NCBI GenBank assembly: GCA_902516425.1
Contig: CABXYE010000001.1
Location: 123,845-187,844 of the forward strand
DNA: 64,000 nt
Source: an uncultured Pelagibacteraceae bacterium
Lineage (GTDB): Bacteria; Pseudomonadota; Alphaproteobacteria; Pelagibacterales; Pelagibacteraceae
Direction of reading: 5' to 3'
In this document: positions 50,041-60,891 of the stretch, one piece after another
Layout: every line of letters starts with the position of its first letter
Position numbering within the stretch: position 1 is the stretch's first letter
The notes under the pieces: model-generated
What the model saw: only the letters and a program-made list of their open reading frames with translations
Told to the model about the DNA's origin: nothing
Database searches by the model: none
Made by a program: the position numbers and the translations under genes

Positions 50041-50448
50041 TTTTTTTTTTAAAAAAACATAAAAAGCTCCACTACCACCATCTTCAACTTCAGCAACTTG
50101 AATACTTTTTATTTTTTTCATCAAATCAGAATTATTTCTAATAAATTCAGGAACAGAATATTTAAGAATTCCAAGTTTCTTTGAAATGTAAGGATCTTTT
50201 TCATTTTGAGAACGCAGTCCTTTACCTGTTACGATTATTGCTTTTGAAATTTTTTTAACAAAGCACTCATTTAGGAAACTTTCAACTTTATAATTTGCTT
50301 CCTCAAGCGTATAACCATGTAGGTCTAAAGATTTTTTCTCATGAAATTTATTCTCTTTTTTAGTTATATCTTTATTTGGCAGTTTTTCATTCTTCGCTAA
50401 AAAGTTTTCCCAATCTTTTTTATCTTTATTTGAAATTTTATTACTCAA
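50035..50448 (-). CDS. Smr/MutS2 domain protein
   Basis: [19 protein letters not shown]. Confidence 0.92.
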   Translation of the reverse strand: MSNKISNKDKKDWENFLAKNEKLPNKDITKKENKFHEKKSLDLHGYTLEEANYKVESFLNECFVKKISKAIIVTGKGLRSQNEKDPYISKKLGILKYSVPEFIRNNSDLMKKIKSIQVAEVEDGGSGAFYVFLKKKL

Positions 50449-51045
50449 TTAAGAAAGAGTATCTACTAATTGCCAATTAGGATTATTAGTACTTGTATCT
50501 CTTGAAAATACCCAGGTATCATATATTTTTTTAATCTTTTCTGGATTGCCTGATACAACTTTTTTATCCTTATCCTTAATACAGGTTATTACTTCACCGA
50601 CAAATTCTACAGTTACTTGTAAGATTTTTCCTAAATACTTATGCTCTCTTATTTTTGCAGAATCTATTCCTATAAAAGTTATTTCTGCAAAATGCCCTTT
50701 TTTACCTCTTTCTTCTAAAGCAACATTAAATTGATCATAAATTTTGTTACTTAACAAAGGTTTGCTAGTAGTAAGTTTATTATCACTATCACCAAAATCA
50801 GTTATGATAGTTTCATAGGCAATTTTAGCTCCATTTAGGAAATCTTTTTTTGCTCCTTCATCAAAATTTGTATTTTCTTTTTTTTGAGTTTCTAAATTAA
50901 TATTTTTGAGAACTTTTTCGAACTGAGGTGAAGCTTTTCCCTCAAAACCCGTTCTTTTTCCTAAGATGCCTCTTAATCTTAAAAAGATAAATCCAGCGAT
51001 CATCGCTAGCAAAATAATATCTATATATTCGAAGCTATAATTCAT
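50449..51045 (-). CDS. Tim44/TimA family protein
   Basis: FLRLRGILGKRTG, FLNGAKIAYE, DTWVFSR..PNWQL. Confidence 0.9.
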   Translation of the reverse strand: MNYSFEYIDIILLAMIAGFIFLRLRGILGKRTGFEGKASPQFEKVLKNINLETQKKENTNFDEGAKKDFLNGAKIAYETIITDFGDSDNKLTTSKPLLSNKIYDQFNVALEERGKKGHFAEITFIGIDSAKIREHKYLGKILQVTVEFVGEVITCIKDKDKKVVSGNPEKIKKIYDTWVFSRDTSTNNPNWQLVDTLS

Positions 51046-51102
51046 TATTTAAATCTAATTACTATGTTGATTAATTTCAACTAACAATTACATTAAAGAC
51101 AA

Positions 51103-51528
51103 ATGAACACAGTTCTTTTAGCTGTTATTTTAATCCCAATAGTTGAAATTTATCTTTTTATAAAGATAGGAGCACAAATAGGAGCATTTAACACAATTTT
51201 ACTTATATTATTTACTGCAATAGTTGGGGTTTATTATGCCAAATATGAGGGGATTAACACTCTTAAATCAGGAATGACGCAAATCATAAAAAATCAAGTT
51301 CCTGCACAGGAAATACTTTCTGGTGCTGCAATTGCTTTGGCTGCGATTTTACTAATCATTCCTGGATTTGCTACTGATATAATTGGTTTTTTATTAATCA
51401 TGCCAATCACAAGAAAACTTATTTTTGGAAAAATGAATAAAAAATTCAAAAAAAAAAATACAAAAAAAAACGATTTTATTGAGGGAGAATTTGAAGATAT
51501 AGAAGATGACAATGACAGAAAAATATAA
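51103..51528 (+). CDS. fxsA: FxsA family membrane protein
   Basis: PIVEI, LIIPGFATDIIG, IEGEF. Confidence 0.9.
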   Translation: MNTVLLAVILIPIVEIYLFIKIGAQIGAFNTILLILFTAIVGVYYAKYEGINTLKSGMTQIIKNQVPAQEILSGAAIALAAILLIIPGFATDIIGFLLIMPITRKLIFGKMNKKFKKKNTKKNDFIEGEFEDIEDDNDRKI

Positions 51529-51934
51529 AATTTTAGCTAAATATATAAAAGATATGTCCAGTGAAACTCCTGATATAGAAACTTTTATTTCAACTGGTAA
51601 CCATCTTAGTAAATATGAATTAGATATTGATATTAACTCTATAGCTTTAAAAAATAAAATGATTGAGGTTAATATTAAATTAAAATATCACTATAAAGAC
51701 ACTAAAGTGAAAAAATCACACTTTGAAATTATTTATGCTGCTATAGTGAAAACTGATGAATCAATTAATGATAAAAAAGATCTAGAAAAAATAATTTTAT
51801 GTGATGTGCCTAATACAATTTATCCTGATCTAAAAAAGTCTTTCTTAGATATGATGCATAACTCAGGTCACCCAAGTATAAAACTTGATAAAAAAATTGA
51901 TTTCACAAAGCTATATTTAGAAAAATTTAATTAA
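51506..51934 (+). CDS. secB: Protein-export chaperone SecB
   Basis: YIKDMSSE, VP..IYP, IDF..LY; fxsA-secB-dnaQ synteny. Confidence 0.8.
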   Translation: MTMTEKYKILAKYIKDMSSETPDIETFISTGNHLSKYELDIDINSIALKNKMIEVNIKLKYHYKDTKVKKSHFEIIYAAIVKTDESINDKKDLEKIILCDVPNTIYPDLKKSFLDMMHNSGHPSIKLDKKIDFTKLYLEKFN

Positions 51935-52593
51935 AAATAATTTTTCTTTAAGGATGTTTTTATATAAATTTTGTGGTTTTCTAATTCTTCTTGTGTTGGT
52001 GAAACAACTTTATTTGAATAAGAAATATTACCAGAAATCACTTTTAATGAATTTTCTTCACTATTTTTGAAATTTAAGGTTGGCTCTTTTTGATCGATAA
52101 GATTGATATAAACTTTTGCTAATAAATCACAGTCAATAAGGGCAGAATGTTGAACTCTCTTTGAGTTATCTATTCTGTATCTTTTACATAAGGCATCTAA
52201 ACTAATTTGTGACCCAGGGAGTTTATCCCTAGCCAAAGTCAAGGTATCAATTATTTCATTGTTAAGCTTATTATTTCCTAAAATTCTAAGCTCATTGTTT
52301 AAATGTGATAAATCAAATTCGGCATTATGAATTATCAGTCTTTTATCTGCAATAAAATCTAAAAAATCTTTCACAATGTCTTTAAACTTAGGCTTATCTG
52401 ATAAAAAAATATCTGTATATCCATGCACTTCTAAAGCTTTTTCTGAAACTTCTCTCTCTGGATTTAGATAACAATGAAACTTTTTTTTTGTTGGAATTAA
52501 ATTATCTAATTCGATACAGCCTATCTCTACAATTCTGTGCCCATCTTTGACCGAAATACCAGTTGTTTCTGTATCTAGAACAATTTCTTTCAT
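51931..52593 (-). CDS. dnaQ: DNA polymerase III epsilon subunit
   Basis: LDTETTG, HNAEFD, SLDALC, HSALID. Confidence 0.95.
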   Translation of the reverse strand: MKEIVLDTETTGISVKDGHRIVEIGCIELDNLIPTKKKFHCYLNPEREVSEKALEVHGYTDIFLSDKPKFKDIVKDFLDFIADKRLIIHNAEFDLSHLNNELRILGNNKLNNEIIDTLTLARDKLPGSQISLDALCKRYRIDNSKRVQHSALIDCDLLAKVYINLIDQKEPTLNFKNSEENSLKVISGNISYSNKVVSPTQEELENHKIYIKTSLKKNYF

Positions 52594-53159
52594 GTTAAAT
52601 TTTTAATAACTTCTTTTGCTCTTATTCTAACAGAATTTTTCTTAAAATTATTCTTTATTATGAATTGAGATTTTTTCCTTTTAAGATCAAGTGATAGTTG
52701 AATTTTTTTAAAATTATTACGTATTTTCATGTTAAAATTTTTCCTTTTTTTAAGTCTTTTCAGAATTTCTGATTTTTTTGACTCAACAAAAACTAATATA
52801 TCTTTTTTTTTATTAATCTTATTCTCTAAAAGAAGAGGGACATCTAAAACTATAATTTTCTTACTCTTATTTTTTTTTAAAAAAACATTCATTCTTTTTC
52901 TAACTTCGTGATGAACAATTTTAATAATTTTTTTTAGATTTCCTTGATTAGATAAAATTGCATTAATAATTTCACTTTTTTTAATAGGAAAAGATCCAAA
53001 ATGTGATGGAAGCTCTTTTTTTAATTTTTTGAAAACTTGTCTGTTATTTTTATAAATTTTTGCAACCTCTAAATCAGCATTAAATACGGGAAAACCAAAA
53101 CATTTAGCCACGTAAGTTTTACCAGAACCTATATCACCTAAAATACCTATTCTTTTCAT
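52590..53159 (-). CDS. coaE: Dephospho-CoA kinase
   Basis: GDIGSGKT, NAD, DVPLLLE; aroE-coaE-dnaQ synteny. Confidence 0.9.
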   Translation of the reverse strand: MKRIGILGDIGSGKTYVAKCFGFPVFNADLEVAKIYKNNRQVFKKLKKELPSHFGSFPIKKSEIINAILSNQGNLKKIIKIVHHEVRKRMNVFLKKNKSKKIIVLDVPLLLENKINKKKDILVFVESKKSEILKRLKKRKNFNMKIRNNFKKIQLSLDLKRKKSQFIIKNNFKKNSVRIRAKEVIKNLT

Positions 53160-53950
53160 AAATCTAAAAATTTCTTTAATTCTTCATTGATTTCGGGCTT
53201 AACCTTGTGCCATAGTTTAAATGACTCAAAAGCTTGATAAATAAACATCATTTTACCATTAGAAACCCTACAACCCAAGTTTTTTCCGGTTTTCAAAAAA
53301 TTGGTTTCTTTTGGATTATAAACGACATCATAAAATAGCTTTTCTTTATTTATATTTTTAAAATTCAAACCTATTTCATCTTCTTTGCTTAAACCTAAAC
53401 TGGTAGCGTTAATAATCATATCAAATTCTGGTTGATCTCCCCAATCAACTACCTCAATGTTTGAAAAATTTTTCTTCAAGTTTTCAGCCTTTTGCTTTGT
53501 TCTATTACTTACCATTATCTTAGAAACACCTAATTTTCCTAAAGCATAAATTATAGAAGGCACCACTCCCCCGGCTCCTAATATAAATATTGATTTATTC
53601 TTTAAATCAAATTGAGTTTCTTTTAAGCTTAATTCAAAGCCTTTTATATCAGTATTATGACCTACTAACTTTTTATCGTATATGTATATAGTATTAACGG
53701 ATTGCGTAATTTGAGACTCTTCACTAAGCGTATCTAAAAAAGGAATGACATCGCTTTTAAAAGGAACAGTAACATTCATTCCATCCAATTTATTATCCTT
53801 AATTTCAGTGATAATTTTTTGTATTTCGCTTTTATCTATTTTTCTTTTACTATAATTTGCATTAATATTATTTTTTTTAAACCAATAATTATGTAATTTA
53901 GGTGAAAGTGAATGTTCTATAGGATTTCCAATTACAAGATATTTTTTCAT
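53156..53950 (-). CDS. aroE: Shikimate dehydrogenase
   Basis: HSLSP, NVTVPFK, NTD, GAGG, NATSLG. Confidence 0.95.
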   Translation of the reverse strand: MKKYLVIGNPIEHSLSPKLHNYWFKKNNINANYSKRKIDKSEIQKIITEIKDNKLDGMNVTVPFKSDVIPFLDTLSEESQITQSVNTIYIYDKKLVGHNTDIKGFELSLKETQFDLKNKSIFILGAGGVVPSIIYALGKLGVSKIMVSNRTKQKAENLKKNFSNIEVVDWGDQPEFDMIINATSLGLSKEDEIGLNFKNINKEKLFYDVVYNPKETNFLKTGKNLGCRVSNGKMMFIYQAFESFKLWHKVKPEINEELKKFLDL

Positions 53951-54531
53951 TTGTAGTTATTCAAATATTTTTTAATTTTTTCAACTGGGAGTCCCATTAT
54001 TGTATTTTCGTTTCCATCAATACTTGAAAATAAATTTCTTCCCGCACCTTCTATTTGATAAACATTATAAGCATATAACGTCTCATCAGAAATTTTTGCT
54101 AAATAACTTTTTAGCTCGTCTTCCCTCATTTTTTTCATTATTAAAACTGCTTTATCTGTATAATTCCATACCATAGATCCGTTTTTAGAGATACATACTG
54201 AGCTAATTAAATTATGTTTTCTACCATTAAGTTTTTTTAAAATTTCTAAAGCTTCTTTTCTGTTGTCAGGTTTTGATATTAGTTCTCCATCTAAATCAAT
54301 AACACTATCAGCGCCTAAGACTAGATTATCGCTATATTTTCCACTTATCTTATTAGCTTTTAATTCGGCTAAATTTTTAGATATCAACTCTGGTGAAGCC
54401 TTTTCTTTTAGCAAACTTGATTTGACAACATCTTCGTCGACGTTTGATGGTTTTACTTCACTTAAAATATTATGTTTATCAAGAATTTTCTTTCTAACTT
54501 TACTTTGTGAAGCTAGAATAATTTTAAGCAT
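53947..54531 (-). CDS. maf: Maf family nucleotide pyrophosphatase
   Basis: ILASQSKVR, GADS, SKP, YQIEG, MGLP. Confidence 0.92.
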   Translation of the reverse strand: MLKIILASQSKVRKKILDKHNILSEVKPSNVDEDVVKSSLLKEKASPELISKNLAELKANKISGKYSDNLVLGADSVIDLDGELISKPDNRKEALEILKKLNGRKHNLISSVCISKNGSMVWNYTDKAVLIMKKMREDELKSYLAKISDETLYAYNVYQIEGAGRNLFSSIDGNENTIMGLPVEKIKKYLNNYK

Positions 54532-55348
54532 TTTCTTTATAAATTTCGTATATTTTAATTACTGAGGCAGCTGTTTCTTCTACAGATTTTCTTGTTACGT
54601 CAATTGATGGCCATTTATATTTTTTAAAAGTGTTTCTTGCCATGTCCACTTCTTTTTTTATTTGCTCTAAGTTAGTGTATAATTTGTTAGTGTTTTCTCT
54701 AAGAGAATTCATTCTGTTTTTTCTTATTTCTACTAGCCTTTCTGGCTCGGTATTCAGTCCCACAACACATGAAGCTTTTGGATCTAGTTTTAAAAGTTTA
54801 GGAATAGAATCTTCCGTAACTAGAGGTATGTTGGATGTTTTAAGGCCCTTGTTTGCTAAAAAAATAGCTGTTGGGGTTTTGCTTGTTCTGCTAACTCCTA
54901 ACAAAATTATATCAGACTCTTTTATTTCTTTAACAAGATTGCCATCATCATGGTTCATTGTAAATTGAATTGCTTCAATTCTTTTGTAATAATCTTCATC
55001 AAGAGCATATTGGCCACTCGGTTGGTGAGAGGCTTTTTGATTTAAAAGTTTCGAAAAACTTAAAATTAGATTGCCTAATACTCCAAAACAGGGAATTTTT
55101 TTCATATCGCTGTTTTTGGCAAGATGTTTCGCTAAATTACTATCAACTATAGAATATAAAATTATAGAATTTTTCTCTTTTTCTGCATTTTCTAATATTT
55201 TTAAAATTTGATTTTCTGTTCTTGTAAAAGAATAAGTGTGTATCTTATAATTTATATTTTTAAATTGAGCTTTGATAGCTGTAAATATACGATCCAAAGT
55301 TTCACCGGTTGCATCTGATATAAGATAAATTTGATATAAATTACTCAT
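54524..55348 (-). CDS. ppsR: PEP synthase/PPDK regulatory kinase-pyrophosphorylase (DUF299)
   Basis: ISDATGET, HDDG, GVSRTSKTP, IDVTRKSVEETAA. Confidence 0.93.
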   Translation of the reverse strand: MSNLYQIYLISDATGETLDRIFTAIKAQFKNINYKIHTYSFTRTENQILKILENAEKEKNSIILYSIVDSNLAKHLAKNSDMKKIPCFGVLGNLILSFSKLLNQKASHQPSGQYALDEDYYKRIEAIQFTMNHDDGNLVKEIKESDIILLGVSRTSKTPTAIFLANKGLKTSNIPLVTEDSIPKLLKLDPKASCVVGLNTEPERLVEIRKNRMNSLRENTNKLYTNLEQIKKEVDMARNTFKKYKWPSIDVTRKSVEETAASVIKIYEIYKENA

Positions 55349-55630
55349 GTATTATTTATGTATAAATTTGTACTATTTTTGCCATATTGTTAATTTTTCA
55401 TATTTTTAAATTTATATTGTAAAACTAGGCTTTTATTAACAATATTAAACATGTTAATAAATAATCTAACTATTAAATTTATATGTGTAATTAGCTACAA
55501 TTATCCATATTTATTTAATAATTTTTAAGTTTTAAATGTTAATTAATTGTTTATAAAATGTGTACAAGATTTAATCACCATAAATCACAGTCTATACTAA
55601 TACTAAATCTATATATATTTAACTATTTAT
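55349..55630. other. Probable chromosomal replication origin (oriC)
   Basis: Longest intergenic region in the window, extremely AT-rich; upstream of hemE as in Caulobacter/Rickettsia; DnaA-box-like 9-mers at 55433, 55452, 55501, 55548, 55559. Confidence 0.75.
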
Positions 55631-56632
55631 ATGTCTCCGATTGACCAAGTGATTCTAGATAAAAGGACTAATATCAATCCTATATGGATAATGAGACAAG
55701 CTGGAAGATATTTACCCGAATTTAGAAAGATAAGAAAACTAAATCCTAATTTTGTTAAACTTTGTCTTAATGAAAAATTATCATGTGAAATAACGTTACA
55801 GCCTTTAAAAAGATTTGATTTAGATGCAGCAATAATCTTTTCAGATATCTTAATAGTACCATATGGATTAAATCAAAAAGTTGAATTCAAGAAAGAAGTT
55901 GGGCCTTTGTTAGGTAACTTAAATTTAGAAAATATTTTAAAATTAACTGAAATTGATTTTGTTAAAAGAGTAAATCCTGTTTATAAATTAATTAACCTAG
56001 TAAGAAATAATAAAATTACAAAAAATAAGAGTACCATAGGATTTATTGGGGCGCCATGGACTCTTTTAGTCTATATGTTAAATCAAAAATCACCTAAAGC
56101 TGGTTTAAGAAAAGATTTTTTTGGTGATAAACATTTAATTAATAAAACTTTAGTGATTATAGAAAAATTTTTAAAGATACACATTAAGTATCAAATAGAT
56201 AATGGGGCACAGGTTATACAAATTTTTGATAGTTGGGCTGGTTTACTAAGTGAAAAAGATTTATCAAAGTATATTTACAAACCCACTTTAAATCTAGTTG
56301 ATTACATTAAGTCTTTTAATATTCCTGTTATATGTTTTCCCAGGAACATTAAAAATTATAAAAATTATTGTGATATAGTTAACCCAAACGTTATTTGTAT
56401 TGATTATAACGTAGATCCAAAAAAAATTTTAAAAAATATTAAAATTCCTATTCAAGGTGGAATGAATCCTGAAATTTTACTAACTGATAAAGAAAATTTA
56501 AAAAAAGAAGCAAAAAAATATTTAGATATTTTTAAAGATCATCCTTATATATTTAATTTGGGACATGGCATTTTACCAAAAACGGACCCTCAAATGATGG
56601 ACTATTTAGTGAAAATGGTAAAAGATTATTAA
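55631..56632 (+). CDS. hemE: Uroporphyrinogen decarboxylase
   Basis: WIMRQAGRYLPE, FSDIL, GAPWTL, QIFDSW, NLGHG. Confidence 0.97.
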   Translation: MSPIDQVILDKRTNINPIWIMRQAGRYLPEFRKIRKLNPNFVKLCLNEKLSCEITLQPLKRFDLDAAIIFSDILIVPYGLNQKVEFKKEVGPLLGNLNLENILKLTEIDFVKRVNPVYKLINLVRNNKITKNKSTIGFIGAPWTLLVYMLNQKSPKAGLRKDFFGDKHLINKTLVIIEKFLKIHIKYQIDNGAQVIQIFDSWAGLLSEKDLSKYIYKPTLNLVDYIKSFNIPVICFPRNIKNYKNYCDIVNPNVICIDYNVDPKKILKNIKIPIQGGMNPEILLTDKENLKKEAKKYLDIFKDHPYIFNLGHGILPKTDPQMMDYLVKMVKDY

Positions 56633-57631
56633 ATGAAAAGTAATTTAGATCATCCGCAGGTTAAATTTGGCAAAACCGGTGTATTAATCATAAATCTTGG
56701 AACGCCTGACTCTACAAGCTGGTTTGACATTAGAAAATATTTAAAAGAATTTTTATCTGATAAAAGAGTTATAGAAGTTAACCCTATAATCTGGCAGATT
56801 ATATTAAATGTTATTATATTAAATTTAAGACCTTCTAAAACAGCAAAAGCTTATAAAGAAATATGGATGAAAGAAGAGAACATTTCACCACTTTTATATT
56901 ATACAAAAAGGCAAGCGCAAATATTATCGGGCCAAATTTCGGAAAAAAACCTGATAATAGATTATGCCATGAGATATGGAAACCCTAGCATAAAAAGTAA
57001 AGTTAAAATACTTCATGATGCTGGTTGTGAAAATTTAGTCATACTTCCATTATATCCACAATATGCTGCAGCTACCACAGCCACTGTTTGTGATGAAGTG
57101 TATAGAACTCTTATGAAGATGAGATGGCAACCATCATTAAAAATAATTCCTCACTATGAATCTGATCCTCTTTACATAGACGCATTAGTGAAGTCCATAA
57201 ATAAAAAAATCATGGAAATTAATTGGAAGCCCGATCTGATATTAGCGTCATATCATGGTATTCCTCAAAAATATTTTGATAAAGGAGACCCATATCATTG
57301 CTATTGTCATAAAACTACAAGGCTCATATCAGAGAAATTTGATTCAATCGAAATCAAGACAACATTCCAATCTAGATTCGGCCCCCAAAAATGGCTTCAA
57401 CCTTATACTGATAAGACCTTAGAAAGTCTTCCTGCAGAAGGAAAAAAGAATGTTCTAGCCATTTGTCCTGGTTTTTCTTCAGATTGTGTTGAAACATTAG
57501 AGGAAATACTTATCCAGGGTAAAGAGAGTTTTTTAGGTTCTGGAGGTGAAAATTTTGATATGGTACCTTGCTTAAATGACAGCGATGATCATATCACTTT
57601 ACTAAAATCTTTAATCCAAAAAAGTATTTAA
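56633..57631 (+). CDS. hemH: Ferrochelatase
   Basis: NLGTP, MRYGNP, PLYPQY, SYHG, QSRFG, DCVETLEE. Confidence 0.97.
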   Translation: MKSNLDHPQVKFGKTGVLIINLGTPDSTSWFDIRKYLKEFLSDKRVIEVNPIIWQIILNVIILNLRPSKTAKAYKEIWMKEENISPLLYYTKRQAQILSGQISEKNLIIDYAMRYGNPSIKSKVKILHDAGCENLVILPLYPQYAAATTATVCDEVYRTLMKMRWQPSLKIIPHYESDPLYIDALVKSINKKIMEINWKPDLILASYHGIPQKYFDKGDPYHCYCHKTTRLISEKFDSIEIKTTFQSRFGPQKWLQPYTDKTLESLPAEGKKNVLAICPGFSSDCVETLEEILIQGKESFLGSGGENFDMVPCLNDSDDHITLLKSLIQKSI

Positions 57632-57634
57632 TTA

Positions 57635-58069
57635 ATGAACACCTATTTGCTTTTCAAATCACTACATTTAATATCAGTAATTTCGTGGATGGCTGGATTA
57701 TTATATCTTCCAAGAATTTTTGTTTATCATTCACAAAATAATACACAACAAATTATTTCGGAAGTATTTAAAGTAATGGAAAGAAAGCTTTTCTTTTACA
57801 TAATGACGCCAGCAATGATTTTGTCCTGGTTGTTTGGTCTAATATTAATTCATGAAATAGGATTTGATAAATTAGGTCAAACCTGGATGATATTAAAATT
57901 GATTTTTGTAATCTTACTGACTCTTTATCATTTTTATCTCGGTAGAGTTCTTGGCCAATTCAAAGTAAATTTAAACACCCATTCACATAAATTTTATAGA
58001 ATCATTAATGAAATACCCACATTATTGCTTATTTTGATCATATTTGTTGCAATATTTAAGCCTATCTAA
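57635..58069 (+). CDS. hemJ: Protoporphyrinogen oxidase HemJ
   Basis: LHLISVISWMAGLLYLPRIFVYH, MERKL, NEIPT. Confidence 0.95.
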   Translation: MNTYLLFKSLHLISVISWMAGLLYLPRIFVYHSQNNTQQIISEVFKVMERKLFFYIMTPAMILSWLFGLILIHEIGFDKLGQTWMILKLIFVILLTLYHFYLGRVLGQFKVNLNTHSHKFYRIINEIPTLLLILIIFVAIFKPI

Positions 58070-58133
58070 GGTTGAATAATTGAAAATTGTATATATATTA
58101 AAACTGTTATTAAGTCCTTAATAATTTCTAATC

Positions 58134-59402
58134 ATGAACATACAAGAATTAAAACTTAAATCATCGGAACAACTCATTACGCAAGCAGAAGAACTTGGCA
58201 TTGAAAATGCAAGTACTTTAAGAAAGCAAGAAATTCTTTTTGCTATCTTGAAAAAAGTAGCTGAAAAAGAGGAGATCACTGGTGCGGGAGTATTACAGTT
58301 ATTGCAAGATGGTTTTGGTTTTTTAAGGGCAATGGAGTCAAATTACTTACCTGGTCCTGATGATATTTATGTTAGCCCAAGTCAGATAAGAAAGTTTGGT
58401 TTAAGAACTGGTGATACTGTAGAGGGACCTGTGAGAGCACCAAAAGAAGGCGAAAGATATTTTGCATTACTTCAAGTTAGTAAAATAAATTTTGAAGAAC
58501 CAGAGAAATCTAGACACAAAATAGCTTTTGATAACTTAACACCTCTTTACCCAGACAAACAATTGGTGATGGAAATTGAAATAGTTAAAACAGAGAAAAA
58601 ACCAGATTTAACGGCAAGATTAATCGATCTTGTAAGCCCGATTGGTAAAGGACAAAGATCGATTATCATCTCACCACCCAAGGCTGGTAAAACTATGATT
58701 CTACAAAGCATAGCGAACTCAATCGCTAAAAATTACCCTGAATGCTACCTTATTGTTTTATTAATTGACGAAAGACCAGAGGAAGTAACAGACATGCAGA
58801 GAACAGTTAAGGGTGAGGTGATAAGTTCTACGTTTGATGAACCAGCTCAGCGTCATGTGGCTGTTGCTGAGATGGTAATAGAAAAGGCCAAAAGATTAAC
58901 CGAACACAAAAAAGATGTTGTTATACTTTTAGATTCAATCACAAGATTAGGAAGAGCATATAATGCAGTTATACCAAGTTCAGGAAAAGTCTTAACAGGT
59001 GGTGTTGATGCTAATGCACTTCAGAGACCTAAAAGATTCTTTGGTGCTGCTAGAAATATAGAAGAAGGCGGTTCACTGACAATAATATCTACAGCTTTAA
59101 TTGATACAGGAAGTAGAATGGACGAAGTAATTTTTGAAGAATTCAAAGGAACGGGAAACAGTGAGACTGTGCTCGATAGAAAAATTGCTGATAAAAGAAT
59201 TTATCCAGCTATAGACATTACTAAATCAGGAACTAGACGAGAAGAATTGTTGTTTGATAAGAACGATCTCCAAAAAATGAATGTCTTAAGAAGAATTATA
59301 GCACCAATGGGAACTATGGACGCAATTGAGTTCATTAGCTCTAAGTTAAAAGATACAAAAAACAATGCGGAGTTCTTTAATTCAATGAATAAACCTGCAT
59401 AA
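58134..59402 (+). CDS. rho: Transcription termination factor Rho
   Basis: [36 protein letters not shown]. Confidence 0.98.
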   Translation: MNIQELKLKSSEQLITQAEELGIENASTLRKQEILFAILKKVAEKEEITGAGVLQLLQDGFGFLRAMESNYLPGPDDIYVSPSQIRKFGLRTGDTVEGPVRAPKEGERYFALLQVSKINFEEPEKSRHKIAFDNLTPLYPDKQLVMEIEIVKTEKKPDLTARLIDLVSPIGKGQRSIIISPPKAGKTMILQSIANSIAKNYPECYLIVLLIDERPEEVTDMQRTVKGEVISSTFDEPAQRHVAVAEMVIEKAKRLTEHKKDVVILLDSITRLGRAYNAVIPSSGKVLTGGVDANALQRPKRFFGAARNIEEGGSLTIISTALIDTGSRMDEVIFEEFKGTGNSETVLDRKIADKRIYPAIDITKSGTRREELLFDKNDLQKMNVLRRIIAPMGTMDAIEFISSKLKDTKNNAEFFNSMNKPA

Positions 59403-59443
59403 TTAAGTTTTCCAATATTACTGAATAAAAGTTATAATATTTT

Positions 59444-60775
59444 ATGACTATTTACGCCTTATCGTCTGGCCCGGGTGTGTCTGGGATAGCGGTTATAAGA
59501 ATTTCAGGTTCAAAGACTTTGGAGGTACTTAAAAAACTTACAAATAGAGAAATTCCGAAGCCAAGAATGGCAACTCTTCGAAAAATAAACAATATCAACA
59601 CTTTTGAGCTTATTGATGAAGGTATAATAATATGGTTTCCAGGCCCTGAGAGCTACACAGGAGAGGATATGGCGGAAATCCATGTGCATGGAGGGAAAGC
59701 AGTGGTTATCTCTGTTCAAAATGAAATTTCTAAAATTGAAAATTGTAGGTTAGCAGAGGCAGGGGAATTTACAAAGCTGGCTTTTCAAAATGGTAAAATA
59801 AATTTACTAAAAGCAGAGAGTATAGCTGATTTGATTTCTGCAGAAACTGAAATTCAGAGATTGCAAGCTGTGAAAATGATGAAAGGAAAATCTTCAAAAA
59901 AATTTAATAAGTTGAGAGAAAAATTATTAAAAATTTTGTCATTTGTTGAGGCAAAAATAGATTTTCCCGAGGAGGATTTGCCAGAGGAAAATTTAAAAAA
60001 GATAAAAAAGGATTCATCGAATGTCTTAAATGAGATTAAGAAAATTTTAAATGATCAAAAAGTTGGTGAAATAATTCGCGAAGGTTTTAAAATTGCAATT
60101 GTAGGTCCAACCAATGCCGGTAAGTCTAGTCTATTAAATAATTTATCAAACAGGGAAGTTGCCATAGTCTCTGAAATTGCTGGTACGACAAGAGACGTCG
60201 TTGAAACACATTTAAACATAGATGGGTATCCAGTTATCATTTCGGATACGGCAGGCATAAGAGACTCAAAAGATGAAATAGAAAAAAAAGGCATAAGGTT
60301 ATCTCTTAAAAAAGCAGAAAATGCTGATTTGAAGTTAGTAGTAGTTGATGCCAAAAACATTGATTTAAGTGGTTTTTTGAATGATTTATTAAAAAAAGAC
60401 GCGATTCTAGTTATTAACAAATCCGATCTGTTGAAAGAAAAATTAGATTCTGAAATTTCTAAATTTAATCATGTTTTAATTTCACTGAAAGAAAATCTAA
60501 ATATAGATAAATTGATTTCTAAAGTAAAAAACCACTTAGAAAATAAATTTATATCAGAGGAAGATATCTTAATTACAAGAGAGAGGCACAGACAACATTT
60601 ACTACAGTGCGTTGATCACTTAAATCATTTTTCAGATAAAAATGATAAAAAAGATTTTGATAAAGCCGCTGAGGATCTAAGGTTAGCTACAAGACAATTA
60701 GGTATGATTGTCGGTAAAGTCGATGTAGAGGAGATATTAGGCAGTATTTTCAATGATTTTTGCATTGGAAAATAA
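59444..60775 (+). CDS. mnmE: tRNA modification GTPase MnmE
   Basis: SYTGED, GPTNAGKSS, GTTRD, DTAG, NKSD, FCIGK. Confidence 0.97.
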   Translation: MTIYALSSGPGVSGIAVIRISGSKTLEVLKKLTNREIPKPRMATLRKINNINTFELIDEGIIIWFPGPESYTGEDMAEIHVHGGKAVVISVQNEISKIENCRLAEAGEFTKLAFQNGKINLLKAESIADLISAETEIQRLQAVKMMKGKSSKKFNKLREKLLKILSFVEAKIDFPEEDLPEENLKKIKKDSSNVLNEIKKILNDQKVGEIIREGFKIAIVGPTNAGKSSLLNNLSNREVAIVSEIAGTTRDVVETHLNIDGYPVIISDTAGIRDSKDEIEKKGIRLSLKKAENADLKLVVVDAKNIDLSGFLNDLLKKDAILVINKSDLLKEKLDSEISKFNHVLISLKENLNIDKLISKVKNHLENKFISEEDILITRERHRQHLLQCVDHLNHFSDKNDKKDFDKAAEDLRLATRQLGMIVGKVDVEEILGSIFNDFCIGK

Positions 60776-60891
60776 CAACCGTTTTACTGGGTTTTTTTAA
60801 ATTTTTTGCTGATTTTCGTTGATAAACAACATTTTATTAAGAAAAAAAACACAAATCTTGTAAATATTCTAATCGAATATAAATTTAGTCC

